From Anaerolineae bacterium (GTDB lineage Bacteria; Chloroflexota; Anaerolineae; UBA1429): DNA of 64,000 nucleotides. The position numbers and the translations under genes were made by a program. The stretch is from positions 1,152,001-1,216,000 of the forward strand of contig OY776562.1 of the NCBI GenBank assembly GCA_963675785.1, in the 5' to 3' direction. Within the stretch, counting starts at the first letter, position 1. Each line of letters opens with the position of its first letter. This document shows positions 20,336-28,496 of the stretch, in pieces. The notes below the pieces were generated by a model. That model did not search any database, was not told the origin of the DNA, and saw only the letters and a list, made by a program, of their open reading frames with translations.

Positions 20336-21195
20336 GGGGTCGTTTCCTCGCCGTTTCGTCCCGTTTCGGCCAGCAATTCGACCAATTTGGTGAGCACCTG
20401 ATCTCTTTGCGAGCCGCTGAGGGCCAGAGCTAGGCGAGCGACGAGCATACCATAGCGCACGCCCACGTCGTAGCGGGTGCCATCAGCGATGAGTGCGAGG
20501 TAGCGTTCGCGCCGGGCCAGTTCATCGAGAGCGCCAGAGAGGTTGATGGAGGCTCCCGGGCGACTGTCGAGCTGCTCTGCCAGGATGCCGTGAATGCTGG
20601 CTGGCAGCACGTGCATGCCAAAGAAGCAGAGATAGCGCCCAGCCCGTAAGCCAGGAACCACCAACTCTTGCTCGGCCACCGTGGGCGTTGGTTTTTCTAA
20701 CACACGTTCGATCTCGTACATGCCGCGGGCACCGGCCACACGGCGGCCACCCACACAGCCATAATAGGGCAACTGGCTCTCGCGGGTGGGCTGCACAGCT
20801 GAAACGGCGCAATCGTTGGCCTGAGCCACTTGCACAAGTCGCGAGGCGCAGCTTTGGGCTCCTGTGGAGACGAACAAGTGATCGCCAACGATGTGCAAAA
20901 AGGCTTCGTCGCCGGTATATTCACGGGCGCAATAAATGGCGTGACCATACCCCCGCGGGTCGTGCTGTTCGATAAAGGTAATGTGCTGGGCCAGCTCACC
21001 GGCAGCTTCGCGATAACGTTCGCGTTCGCCTGGGCAAATGACAACACCGATGTCCTTGATGCCTGCGTTCAGCGCCTCCTGGGCCAAAAGGTAGAGCAAC
21101 GAGCGCTCGTCGCCATTCTGGTCCTCCAGAGTCTGAATGGGCAGATGGCGCTGTGCGCGTAAAGCCGCGGTGATTAACGCTTTGCGAACCTGCAT
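20332..21195 (-). CDS. GalU-like sugar-phosphate nucleotidyltransferase
   Basis: KALITAA, PRGYGHA, GDH, VLEKP, RYDVG; overlaps downstream gene by 4 nt. Confidence 0.85.
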   Translation of the reverse strand: MQVRKALITAALRAQRHLPIQTLEDQNGDERSLLYLLAQEALNAGIKDIGVVICPGERERYREAAGELAQHITFIEQHDPRGYGHAIYCAREYTGDEAFLHIVGDHLFVSTGAQSCASRLVQVAQANDCAVSAVQPTRESQLPYYGCVGGRRVAGARGMYEIERVLEKPTPTVAEQELVVPGLRAGRYLCFFGMHVLPASIHGILAEQLDSRPGASINLSGALDELARRERYLALIADGTRYDVGVRYGMLVARLALALSGSQRDQVLTKLVELLAETGRNGEETTP

Positions 21196-21211
21196 GTGAC
21201 CTCCAGAATCA

Positions 21212-21796
21212 TCAGATGAAAATGGTTAGCCAGGCAGCCAGACCGCCAATCAAGGAGACACCAGCGAGAATCCAAAAGGCGCGCCCGGTGGCAGGACTTG
21301 GCCAAAGTTGCGTGTATTTGAGCACCAAGGCCTGGACGTTCTCCCAGGCTTTATCCGAGGCGAAAATACGCTGCGGCAGGACATTGTAGACGTGCTGCTC
21401 GTGGTAGAGAAGTAGGGTTCTACTATTGGCGCGAAAACCGAGGATCTTGCTCCAGGGAATTTTGCTCTGCCCGGCGCTGGTTTTGATGGTCAGGCCCGTG
21501 TCGTCGATCTTGCCTTCAATAATGCCCCGTACGACGGGCTGCCGCTGCCATTGCGCAGAGGCTTGCAAGCGGGCAAAGATGCTGCGTGCGTTCCAAAGGA
21601 TAACCCAAAAGGGGATGAGCACGATGGCCAAAACCATATACTCGTCATAGTTCAAGGCGACAGCAGCGAGAGTGATTGTGCCAAACACAGCGATAGAAGC
21701 TTGTGCAAGGGTGGTAGTGCGATTCTGGCGGGCATGCAGCGTCGCTGCGCCCATGAACTCGTTGCGAGTCAGCCGTCCTTTGAATTCAGCTTTCAC
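21212..21796 (-). CDS. YcxB-like membrane protein
   Basis: Two TMs then GLTI..S.IPWS....P.R.F; GTG start after AGGAG. Confidence 0.65.
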   Translation of the reverse strand: MKAEFKGRLTRNEFMGAATLHARQNRTTTLAQASIAVFGTITLAAVALNYDEYMVLAIVLIPFWVILWNARSIFARLQASAQWQRQPVVRGIIEGKIDDTGLTIKTSAGQSKIPWSKILGFRANSRTLLLYHEQHVYNVLPQRIFASDKAWENVQALVLKYTQLWPSPATGRAFWILAGVSLIGGLAAWLTIFI

Positions 21797-21963
21797 AGCA
21801 TACTCCTGGTTCTGAAGGGCTTGCGCCAAAGTTTCATAGAACGCCTCTAGTTTATGCTTTGCGGACGCTTTTGCCAAGGTTACGCACTTGCTTGACAGGC
21901 CTAGCACACCCCCATACCATTCTCTTGGTAGATTGATAGCTATATCATGGGGGAATAGGCTTG

Positions 21964-23349
21964 ATGGAGATCAAACTGGCGATTATCGGCGGGGGCAGTG
22001 TCAACTGGATGCGCGGTTTGATGCGCGATGTGTATTTGATGGATGACATCGATGGTGGTGAGATTCGCCTCGTCGATCCCCAAACCGGGACGGTGCAAGC
22101 TGTCGCCGATATGCTCAGTGCCTTTAACGTGATGCGCGACAAGCACTATGCTATATCCGTCGTCGATGATCGTAAAGAGGCATTGGATGGCGTGGATTTT
22201 TGCCTGACGACGTTTAGCCCTGGCACCATGGATGCCTTTTATAACGATCTTGAAATCCCTATTCGCTATGGCATACGCCAGCCCGTTTCTATGACAGTTG
22301 GCCCCTGCGGTATCTCGGCGGCGTTGCGCACGGCGCCCGTTGCTTACGAGATCGTCGAGGACATGGAAGAGATGTGCCCCGGCGCCTGGTTGCTCAATGT
22401 TACCAACCCCATGAGCGTGGTTACCCGCGCCATGAACGTAGCGGCGCGAACGATCAAGGTGGTGGGCATGTGTCACGAATTCCACGCCTTTTCGCACTAT
22501 ATCGGCGAGTTGATTGGTCTGCCTAAACCCGAGGGGATGCACACGCTGGATTATCTCTATCGCTGGCTGCCCGAACAGGGCCTGGATTACACTGTGGCTG
22601 GCGTGAACCACTTTGTCTGGCTCACCCAGGCGGCGCTCAACGGCGAGGACATGATCCCTGTGATTCGGAACTATTGCGATGAGCACTGGGATCGTATGCC
22701 AGAGGGTCAGGTCAACAATCTCAGCGCCTGGGAGAACAAGACGCAGGCAGTCAAGATGGCCTACTGCCGCCAGTTTGGCTATATGCCCTTGGCAGGAGAT
22801 CGCCATCTCATCGAGTTTTGGCCTCACTTTTGCAATGCCCGTAACGGCTGGGGCATGAAATACAATGTCATCAAGACTACGGTGGATTCCCGGCGTTCTG
22901 ACAAGGAGCATCAACTGTCCACTATCCGCGGCATTGCTGCTGGGACTGAAACAGTGGATTGGACACAAAGCCCGGAAGAGATGACCGAAATCATCAAGGC
23001 AGTGACCTATAACCGCGAGACAACGGCTATTGTCAACATGCCCAACCAGGGGCAGATCAGCAACATGCCAGAAGGCGTGGTGGTAGAGACTTTGGCCACA
23101 GTGTCATCCCAGGGCGTGGCGCCCAAACCATCAGGAGATTTGCCAGGTGCTGTAGGCTCGCTGTGCAGGCTACATGCGGATGTTCACGCGTTGACCTACG
23201 CCGCCGCCATTGAAGGCAGCCGTGACAAGTTCATTCAGGCGCTGTCGTTGGATCCGTTGTCGGCCGGTGCTGATTTTACTGAACTCCCCGATCTGGCAGA
23301 TGAACTACTCGAGGCGAATCGTCAGTGGTTGCCCCGTTTCTTTGATTAA
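21964..23349 (+). CDS. Glycoside hydrolase family 4 (NAD/Mn-dependent, alpha-galactosidase-like)
   Basis: IIGGGS, LNVTNPM, GMCH, AGVNH, DPL. Confidence 0.93.
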   Translation: MEIKLAIIGGGSVNWMRGLMRDVYLMDDIDGGEIRLVDPQTGTVQAVADMLSAFNVMRDKHYAISVVDDRKEALDGVDFCLTTFSPGTMDAFYNDLEIPIRYGIRQPVSMTVGPCGISAALRTAPVAYEIVEDMEEMCPGAWLLNVTNPMSVVTRAMNVAARTIKVVGMCHEFHAFSHYIGELIGLPKPEGMHTLDYLYRWLPEQGLDYTVAGVNHFVWLTQAALNGEDMIPVIRNYCDEHWDRMPEGQVNNLSAWENKTQAVKMAYCRQFGYMPLAGDRHLIEFWPHFCNARNGWGMKYNVIKTTVDSRRSDKEHQLSTIRGIAAGTETVDWTQSPEEMTEIIKAVTYNRETTAIVNMPNQGQISNMPEGVVVETLATVSSQGVAPKPSGDLPGAVGSLCRLHADVHALTYAAAIEGSRDKFIQALSLDPLSAGADFTELPDLADELLEANRQWLPRFFD

Positions 23350-23369
23350 CGATTGAGAGGAGAATCATC

Positions 23370-24452
23370 ATGCCCGAGTACCGACGAAACCCGCGGCTTT
23401 TGAACAGAATGCTTCCCGTAGAGTTTGTGTTTGCACCCGCGTGGTGGCGGGCTAATACGGGCATGCGTTTTGATGTTGACTTTTTCTACGACCCCACGCG
23501 ACGCGTAGCTGCGGAACAGCAGATGGAGCAGGCGCTGTTCGAAAGATGGGGTGCGTTCGGTCTGGGAGAGTACGCCAATCTACCCCGTCCCGAAGTAGGG
23601 CCGGTGCACCTGGCGGCAGGCTATCTCATTCAAGAGATGCTGGGTTGCAAGGTGGTTTATGCCGAGGAGCACCCGCCCGAGGTGTTGCCTCTCAATGGCA
23701 AATTAGAACCCGTGGATGTAGGCGCGGCCTTTAGCAGCCCTGCTTTTGTGCGGTTTACAGCACTGGTGGAAGCGCTCAAGAGTGAGTATGGCTATGTCTG
23801 CGGTGATGTGAACTGGTCGGGCGTGCTCAATGTGGCGCTGGATCTGCGCGGTCAGGCGCTGCTCATGGATATGATGGATCAGCCGGGCAAAGTGGGCATG
23901 TTTTTTGAGAGTATTGCCGATGTCATCGAGCGGTTTGTGGACTATGTAGAGGGCCAGACGGGCACCAGTTCGATCTCGGTGAACCGCATCGTCCGACATA
24001 TTGAACCGTCAATCGCGCTGCATTCCGAGTGCTCTCACACCATGATTGCCACACGCGATTACGATACCCTGCTCAAAGCATATGACGAACGCTGGTGCAC
24101 ATCGTGGCCCGGTTATGGCATACACTATTGCGGCAAAGATCCACACCGCTATGCCAAGACCTTTGCCTCACTGCCACGCCTCGACTTTCTCGACCTTGGC
24201 TGGGGAGGTGACGTGGCTGCTATCAGGGCTGCCTTGCCCGAGACCTTTTTGAGCATCCGCATGAGTCCAGTTTGGCTCATCGATGCCAGCGTTGAGGCGG
24301 TCAAGGAGACGGTTCATCGCCTTGTTCGGGAGAGCGGTAACCCCTGGTTGACGGGCGTTTGCTGCATCAACATGGATGAAAAGGTATCGGACGACAAAGT
24401 AACGGCGATACTGGAGACCGTGCAGGCGTTACGAACAGAGTACGAGGAATAA
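23370..24452 (+). CDS. URO-D/MetE-like (methylcobamide methyltransferase-like) TIM-barrel protein
   Basis: ALDLRGQALLMDM, IHYCG, C-terminal Cys; remote family resemblance only. Confidence 0.6.
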   Translation: MPEYRRNPRLLNRMLPVEFVFAPAWWRANTGMRFDVDFFYDPTRRVAAEQQMEQALFERWGAFGLGEYANLPRPEVGPVHLAAGYLIQEMLGCKVVYAEEHPPEVLPLNGKLEPVDVGAAFSSPAFVRFTALVEALKSEYGYVCGDVNWSGVLNVALDLRGQALLMDMMDQPGKVGMFFESIADVIERFVDYVEGQTGTSSISVNRIVRHIEPSIALHSECSHTMIATRDYDTLLKAYDERWCTSWPGYGIHYCGKDPHRYAKTFASLPRLDFLDLGWGGDVAAIRAALPETFLSIRMSPVWLIDASVEAVKETVHRLVRESGNPWLTGVCCINMDEKVSDDKVTAILETVQALRTEYEE

Positions 24453-24597
24453 ATCAGGAAGAGCTCGTGGATACGAGCAGAGACCAAAACTCTACCAACT
24501 CAGAACAAAGATTGTCAAGGGGTTAAATGGTATTTTTGAAAATAACGCGGTTTTCTATCCTGTTCCCCATTTTCGGCGGCGCAATGGTACGGCAAAA

Positions 24598-24680
24598 ATC
24601 CAGATGGTCAAGGGTTTAAGAGTGGAGATTTTTTCGCGCACTTTGCGAAAAAATACTACCCGCTCCTTGACAGTCTGGAT
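24598..24680. repeat. Long imperfect inverted repeat
   Basis: ATCCAGATGGTCAAGG...ATTTTTTCGC-GCACTTT-GCGAAAAAAT...CCTTGACAGTCTGGAT. Confidence 0.8.
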
Positions 24681-24816
24681 AGGCGGAACGGGCGGAATGG
24701 CGGTAGGCAAGAACGGGTGATATGCTCATTGTCTCTCGCGGGTGGGTATGGTGTAAATTTTTCGATCCGGAGCGATAAATGGGAAAATTTCTTTTTAAAG
24801 CTTGAATGTTAATATG

Positions 24817-24833
24817 CGTTGCTTGTAGCAACG
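24817..24833. promoter_or_regulatory. Palindromic operator candidate upstream of XRE gene
   Basis: CGTTGCT-TGT-AGCAACG. Confidence 0.45.
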
Positions 24834-24886
24834 GGCAGTTCCTCATACATTAGGGGTAACGACAGAAAGAAAGGAGTTTATCCCTA

Positions 24887-25402
24887 ATGTTAAATGAAAA
24901 CATTAGAACAATCAGAAAATCAAAAGGACTTTCGCAAGAAGAACTTGCTATCAAGCTGAATGTAGTGCGACAAACAATCTCTAAATGGGAGAAAGGTTTG
25001 TCAGTTCCGGATTCTGAGATGCTGCTTTTCATAGCGGAAGTGCTTGAAACACCCGTAAGCACTTTGCTTGGGGAAACTGTTATTGAGTCGAAGGTTGATG
25101 ACTTAAAAGCGATTTCCGAAAAACTGGAGGTTATAAACTTGCAGCTCGCACAAAGGAAGAACACAAGACGAAAAATATTTCATTGGCTATTTATCTTGTT
25201 GTGTGCGGTCATCGTAACAATTTCTGCCGTCATAATAATATTGGACAGTCCTTACTTAGGTTGGGATTATAGTGACCCTGAAACTGCCGTTGTAGGAGTA
25301 GCTTTTCACGCATTTGAATGGCTGTTTGTTAGGTTAGCACCGTTTATCCTTATAGGGATAGGGGCAAGTATTGGAATTTTTTTGACACGGAAGAAAGTAT
25401 AA
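24887..25402 (+). CDS. XRE-family HTH regulator with C-terminal TM segments
   Basis: LSQEELA.KL.V.RQTISKWE.G...PD; RBS AAGGAG. Confidence 0.9.
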   Translation: MLNENIRTIRKSKGLSQEELAIKLNVVRQTISKWEKGLSVPDSEMLLFIAEVLETPVSTLLGETVIESKVDDLKAISEKLEVINLQLAQRKNTRRKIFHWLFILLCAVIVTISAVIIILDSPYLGWDYSDPETAVVGVAFHAFEWLFVRLAPFILIGIGASIGIFLTRKKV

Positions 25403-25529
25403 AACTGCCCTGCTTTTCGGGGTACAGTTCAGACTTCAAAATCCTCAGTCTGTCGGACTGATTAAACGCTCCATAGTGCTCAAATAAATGTCGGCGGGCA
25501 GATAGAACTGCCCGCCGATTTGCCTTTTT

Positions 25530-25695
25530 GCAACTCCTTGTCCTGCGTCCTGCGCGGTGCTTGCTCCCGCTGTTCCCGCCGCAAGATATTGTAAACGCTC
25601 TTTCGGAGTTGCTCGGCTTCCTTTACCTCGTCTTTGAGGGCAAGATACCTCTGATTGAGCGTTTTCCTCTCGGCGGTCAGCTTGGCATATTCCAC
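25530..25695 (-). pseudogene. C-terminal fragment of MobA/MobL-type relaxase
   Basis: EYAKLTAERKTLNQRYLALKDEVKEAEQLRKSVYNILRREQREQ resembles clostridial MobA/MobL tails; no relaxase domain present. Confidence 0.6.
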
Positions 25696-25766
25696 TCTAA
25701 TGCCGTGAAACTCCTGAAAATGAGCCGCTTGCCATGCTGTTTTAGTGGCGGTATTATTACCACCCT

Positions 25767-26222
25767 TTACAGCATACATTCCAGGTTGGTGGAGTTTTCT
25801 GTAAAATCTAGCTCGTATTTGGTTCCGTGATGGAAAAGCACGCCATCCGTCAAACGGATACGGAGAATGCAGGTGTTCGGGTCATTTTCGTTGGTGTGGC
25901 CGTTTGAATACCATTCTGCAAACACTTGACGGAGCTTTTTCATGAGCATCGTGTTTTTGTCATCGAGCGGATGCCCGATGTTTTCCCCGATGCCATGTGC
26001 GGTAAACCATTCACCACAGATAGCGACTGTTGGGTTCTGTTCAATTTGTTTCATCTTGTTGGAAAGCGCATAAGTAACCGTATAAAATGCGCCGTCCTCG
26101 TAGTAGCTGTTCACGATACGCACAGAGGGGCGATTCCCATCCAAGGTCGCAATTGAGATGAGCGTATCATGGCCAAAGCGTTCCGCTAAAAGTGATAATG
26201 CTCTAGTGTCCTTCTGATTCAT
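25767..26222 (-). CDS. Pyridoxamine 5'-phosphate oxidase-like protein
   Basis: ISIAT...PSVRIV, SNKMKQIEQNPTVA. Confidence 0.88.
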   Translation of the reverse strand: MNQKDTRALSLLAERFGHDTLISIATLDGNRPSVRIVNSYYEDGAFYTVTYALSNKMKQIEQNPTVAICGEWFTAHGIGENIGHPLDDKNTMLMKKLRQVFAEWYSNGHTNENDPNTCILRIRLTDGVLFHHGTKYELDFTENSTNLECML

Positions 26223-26378
26223 AGTTTTGCCTTTATTTCTATCAAACCATTCTTTTACTGTGCAGTATGAAGAGTATACTACAATTAGGGACGCACTTGT
26301 GTACAACGCTTTGCTGATAAACGCGAAAACAGGAACAGCTTTGAGCTGTTCCTGTTTCATAACGAGGAGCTCTTGTTG

Positions 26379-28361
26379 TTATTCAGCAGGCGCTGCCAGG
26401 AAGCGTCCGGCAATCCAGCCCGTACCGCCGCGCTCCAATTCGACGTTGATCCAGGCATAGTTATCAGCGTAGACGGGGCCTTCCAACACGGTAACGGCCA
26501 TACCCTCTTCTTCAGAATAGCTGACAGCGTAACTGAGCCCTGGCCCAGTGCGCAAATTAGCACCTCTGCCGCCAGTTCCTGCAATAAGGGCCTGATCACC
26601 AGCGGAAAGACCGAACACAATAGTGGGTCCTGGCGTGACGGTAGGCTCTTCTGTTGGTGTAGGTTCGGGCGTGTTGGTTGGAACCAACGTCGCAGTAGGC
26701 TTGGGTGTTGCTGTCACCAGCGGTGTAAAGGTGGGCACCGGCGAAGAGACAACGATGACTTGTGTGGGAGCTGTGGTCGGTTTGACTGTGGCTGTTGGTG
26801 CTGCTGTTGGTTGGGCAAAAGGCGACGTAATGCCCGCCCAGCTGAGCATGTTTGTCTCCCACAGAGCCAAAAAAGCCAAACAGAGGATGAGGAAAATCGT
26901 GCCTACCCAGCGCCAGGGCCTTTTCTTGGGGCGAACCTCGTCCAATGGTTCCCAGGTTGCAGTGCCCAGAGGATCGCGCGTTCGATCTGCTTGTACTGGT
27001 GCAATCTCGTCATCAGGTATCGGCTCTGACATCTCGGGCTCTGAGAGATCGTCCGGTGCATCGAGCCCTTCTACCTCTGGGGTCTGATCGTCAATTTCAT
27101 CAGGCTCCATCGCTTCCGGTTCCTTCTCTTGCATGTTTTCGTTCTCTGTCACTTGAGGCTCCTTGAATGTTGAGGGCAAGACGTCTTCTTGAAGCGAGTT
27201 GAGAATCTGCAACAGCTCTTGTGCTGTTTGGGGTCTCTTCCATGGATCGGAAGACAGACATCTTGCGACGAGTCCATCCAGGGTTGGCGCAATACCCGTC
27301 ACAAGTTGACCGGGGCGCGTCCCAGGGGGGTGCTCTTTATAGAGTTGCAGCGTCAACATCTCAAACAACACGACACCCACAGCATAAAGATCTGCCGAGG
27401 GAGATACAATCCCATCGCCCGATAGCTGTTCAGGGGCCACATAAAGGGGCGTTCCGGCGCGCAAAAGCCCGGGGCTGCCCTCGGTCTCGCTGGCGCGCCC
27501 AAATTGGGCCAGCCCAAAATCTCCGAGATGGGCATCGCCGTTGGCATCAAAGAGAATGTTCGACGGTTTGACGTCGCGATGGACGATCCTCAACGGATGC
27601 TCGTGAGCGGCCTGGAGCGCCAGCAGCACCCGTCGCGTGATGGCAATAGCGCGAGAGTGAGGCAGTGGACGTTTGCGCTGCTCAAGCAGATCGCCCAAAG
27701 AACCGCCGGGCATGTATTCCATGACCAACAATATCCGGCCATTGAGCCGCTCAGTCGTTAGCGCACGGACGATAGCGGGCGCCTGTACGGCCTCCAGTTC
27801 GGCGCAAACCTGTAACTCACGGGCGTAACGGGCGTTCATCTCGTTACCCTGGAAGGGAAGCAGGTCTTCGCGAGGCACTTTGATGGCCACCTTGCGATCG
27901 TGCATATCCGGTTCGTGAGCAGCCCAGACACTCGCCATACTGCCCTGGCCAATGAGCGCATCGAGCACATATTTATCAACTAGCGAAAGGCCTGCCCGAA
28001 AATGGACATGCGGCGCGACGGCTGGAGCCGACGCAGTAGGTTTGACGATACTTGCATCTTTGTTGGCGCGTGTGCCAATGGCTGTAGCACAGAGCTGAAA
28101 ACCGTTAGCCGCCCGTTCACGCATGCTGGAAAGCGGGATCAGGTCCATAGCCTGTTCGTAATCATCCCTGGCCATAGCCAGATGACCCAGGTGTCGATAG
28201 CCCTCGGCTCGCTCCAGATAAAGCTGTCCGGCCTCGGGGTAGATTCGGAGAAGCCGCTCAAACTCTTCTTCGCCACGCGACAGATCGGCAAGCATGATGC
28301 GATAAGCTCGCTGAGCAAGGTAACGCAGGTCTCGTTTGTCGGTTGGGGGCGTCTCAGGCAT
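26379..28361 (-). CDS. Hanks-type Ser/Thr kinase: TPR - kinase - acidic linker - TM - Pro/Thr linker - SH3b
   Basis: GQGSMA, VAIK, HRDVKPSN, DFG, APE; ANLRTGPG...GWIA SH3b-like end. Confidence 0.9.
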   Translation of the reverse strand: MPETPPTDKRDLRYLAQRAYRIMLADLSRGEEEFERLLRIYPEAGQLYLERAEGYRHLGHLAMARDDYEQAMDLIPLSSMRERAANGFQLCATAIGTRANKDASIVKPTASAPAVAPHVHFRAGLSLVDKYVLDALIGQGSMASVWAAHEPDMHDRKVAIKVPREDLLPFQGNEMNARYARELQVCAELEAVQAPAIVRALTTERLNGRILLVMEYMPGGSLGDLLEQRKRPLPHSRAIAITRRVLLALQAAHEHPLRIVHRDVKPSNILFDANGDAHLGDFGLAQFGRASETEGSPGLLRAGTPLYVAPEQLSGDGIVSPSADLYAVGVVLFEMLTLQLYKEHPPGTRPGQLVTGIAPTLDGLVARCLSSDPWKRPQTAQELLQILNSLQEDVLPSTFKEPQVTENENMQEKEPEAMEPDEIDDQTPEVEGLDAPDDLSEPEMSEPIPDDEIAPVQADRTRDPLGTATWEPLDEVRPKKRPWRWVGTIFLILCLAFLALWETNMLSWAGITSPFAQPTAAPTATVKPTTAPTQVIVVSSPVPTFTPLVTATPKPTATLVPTNTPEPTPTEEPTVTPGPTIVFGLSAGDQALIAGTGGRGANLRTGPGLSYAVSYSEEEGMAVTVLEGPVYADNYAWINVELERGGTGWIAGRFLAAPAE

Positions 28362-28496
28362 AGCTTCTCCGCAAAATTCATGCAGCCTGTACATTATATC
28401 GCTCGATTCTACTTGTGCAACAGCATTGGGGCACTTTTGTGGACATTGGATGTGTGCCCGTTTACAATGGGATACGTGTTTTGGAGTGGAGAGGAT

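Larger units (their letters stand above)
24500..26350. mobile_element. Degenerate Clostridia-like mobilisable-element relic
   Basis: Visibly AT-richer than flanks; XRE regulator, relaxase C-terminal fragment, PNPOx-like cargo, long palindrome; boundaries approximate. Confidence 0.7.

Noticed and set aside
17069-22968. Long antisense ORFs (17069-18169, 21940-22968; also 29358-30446, 35338-36183, 42020-42748)
   Set aside because: Shadows of well-supported genes in GC-rich codon-biased DNA; no motifs or RBS
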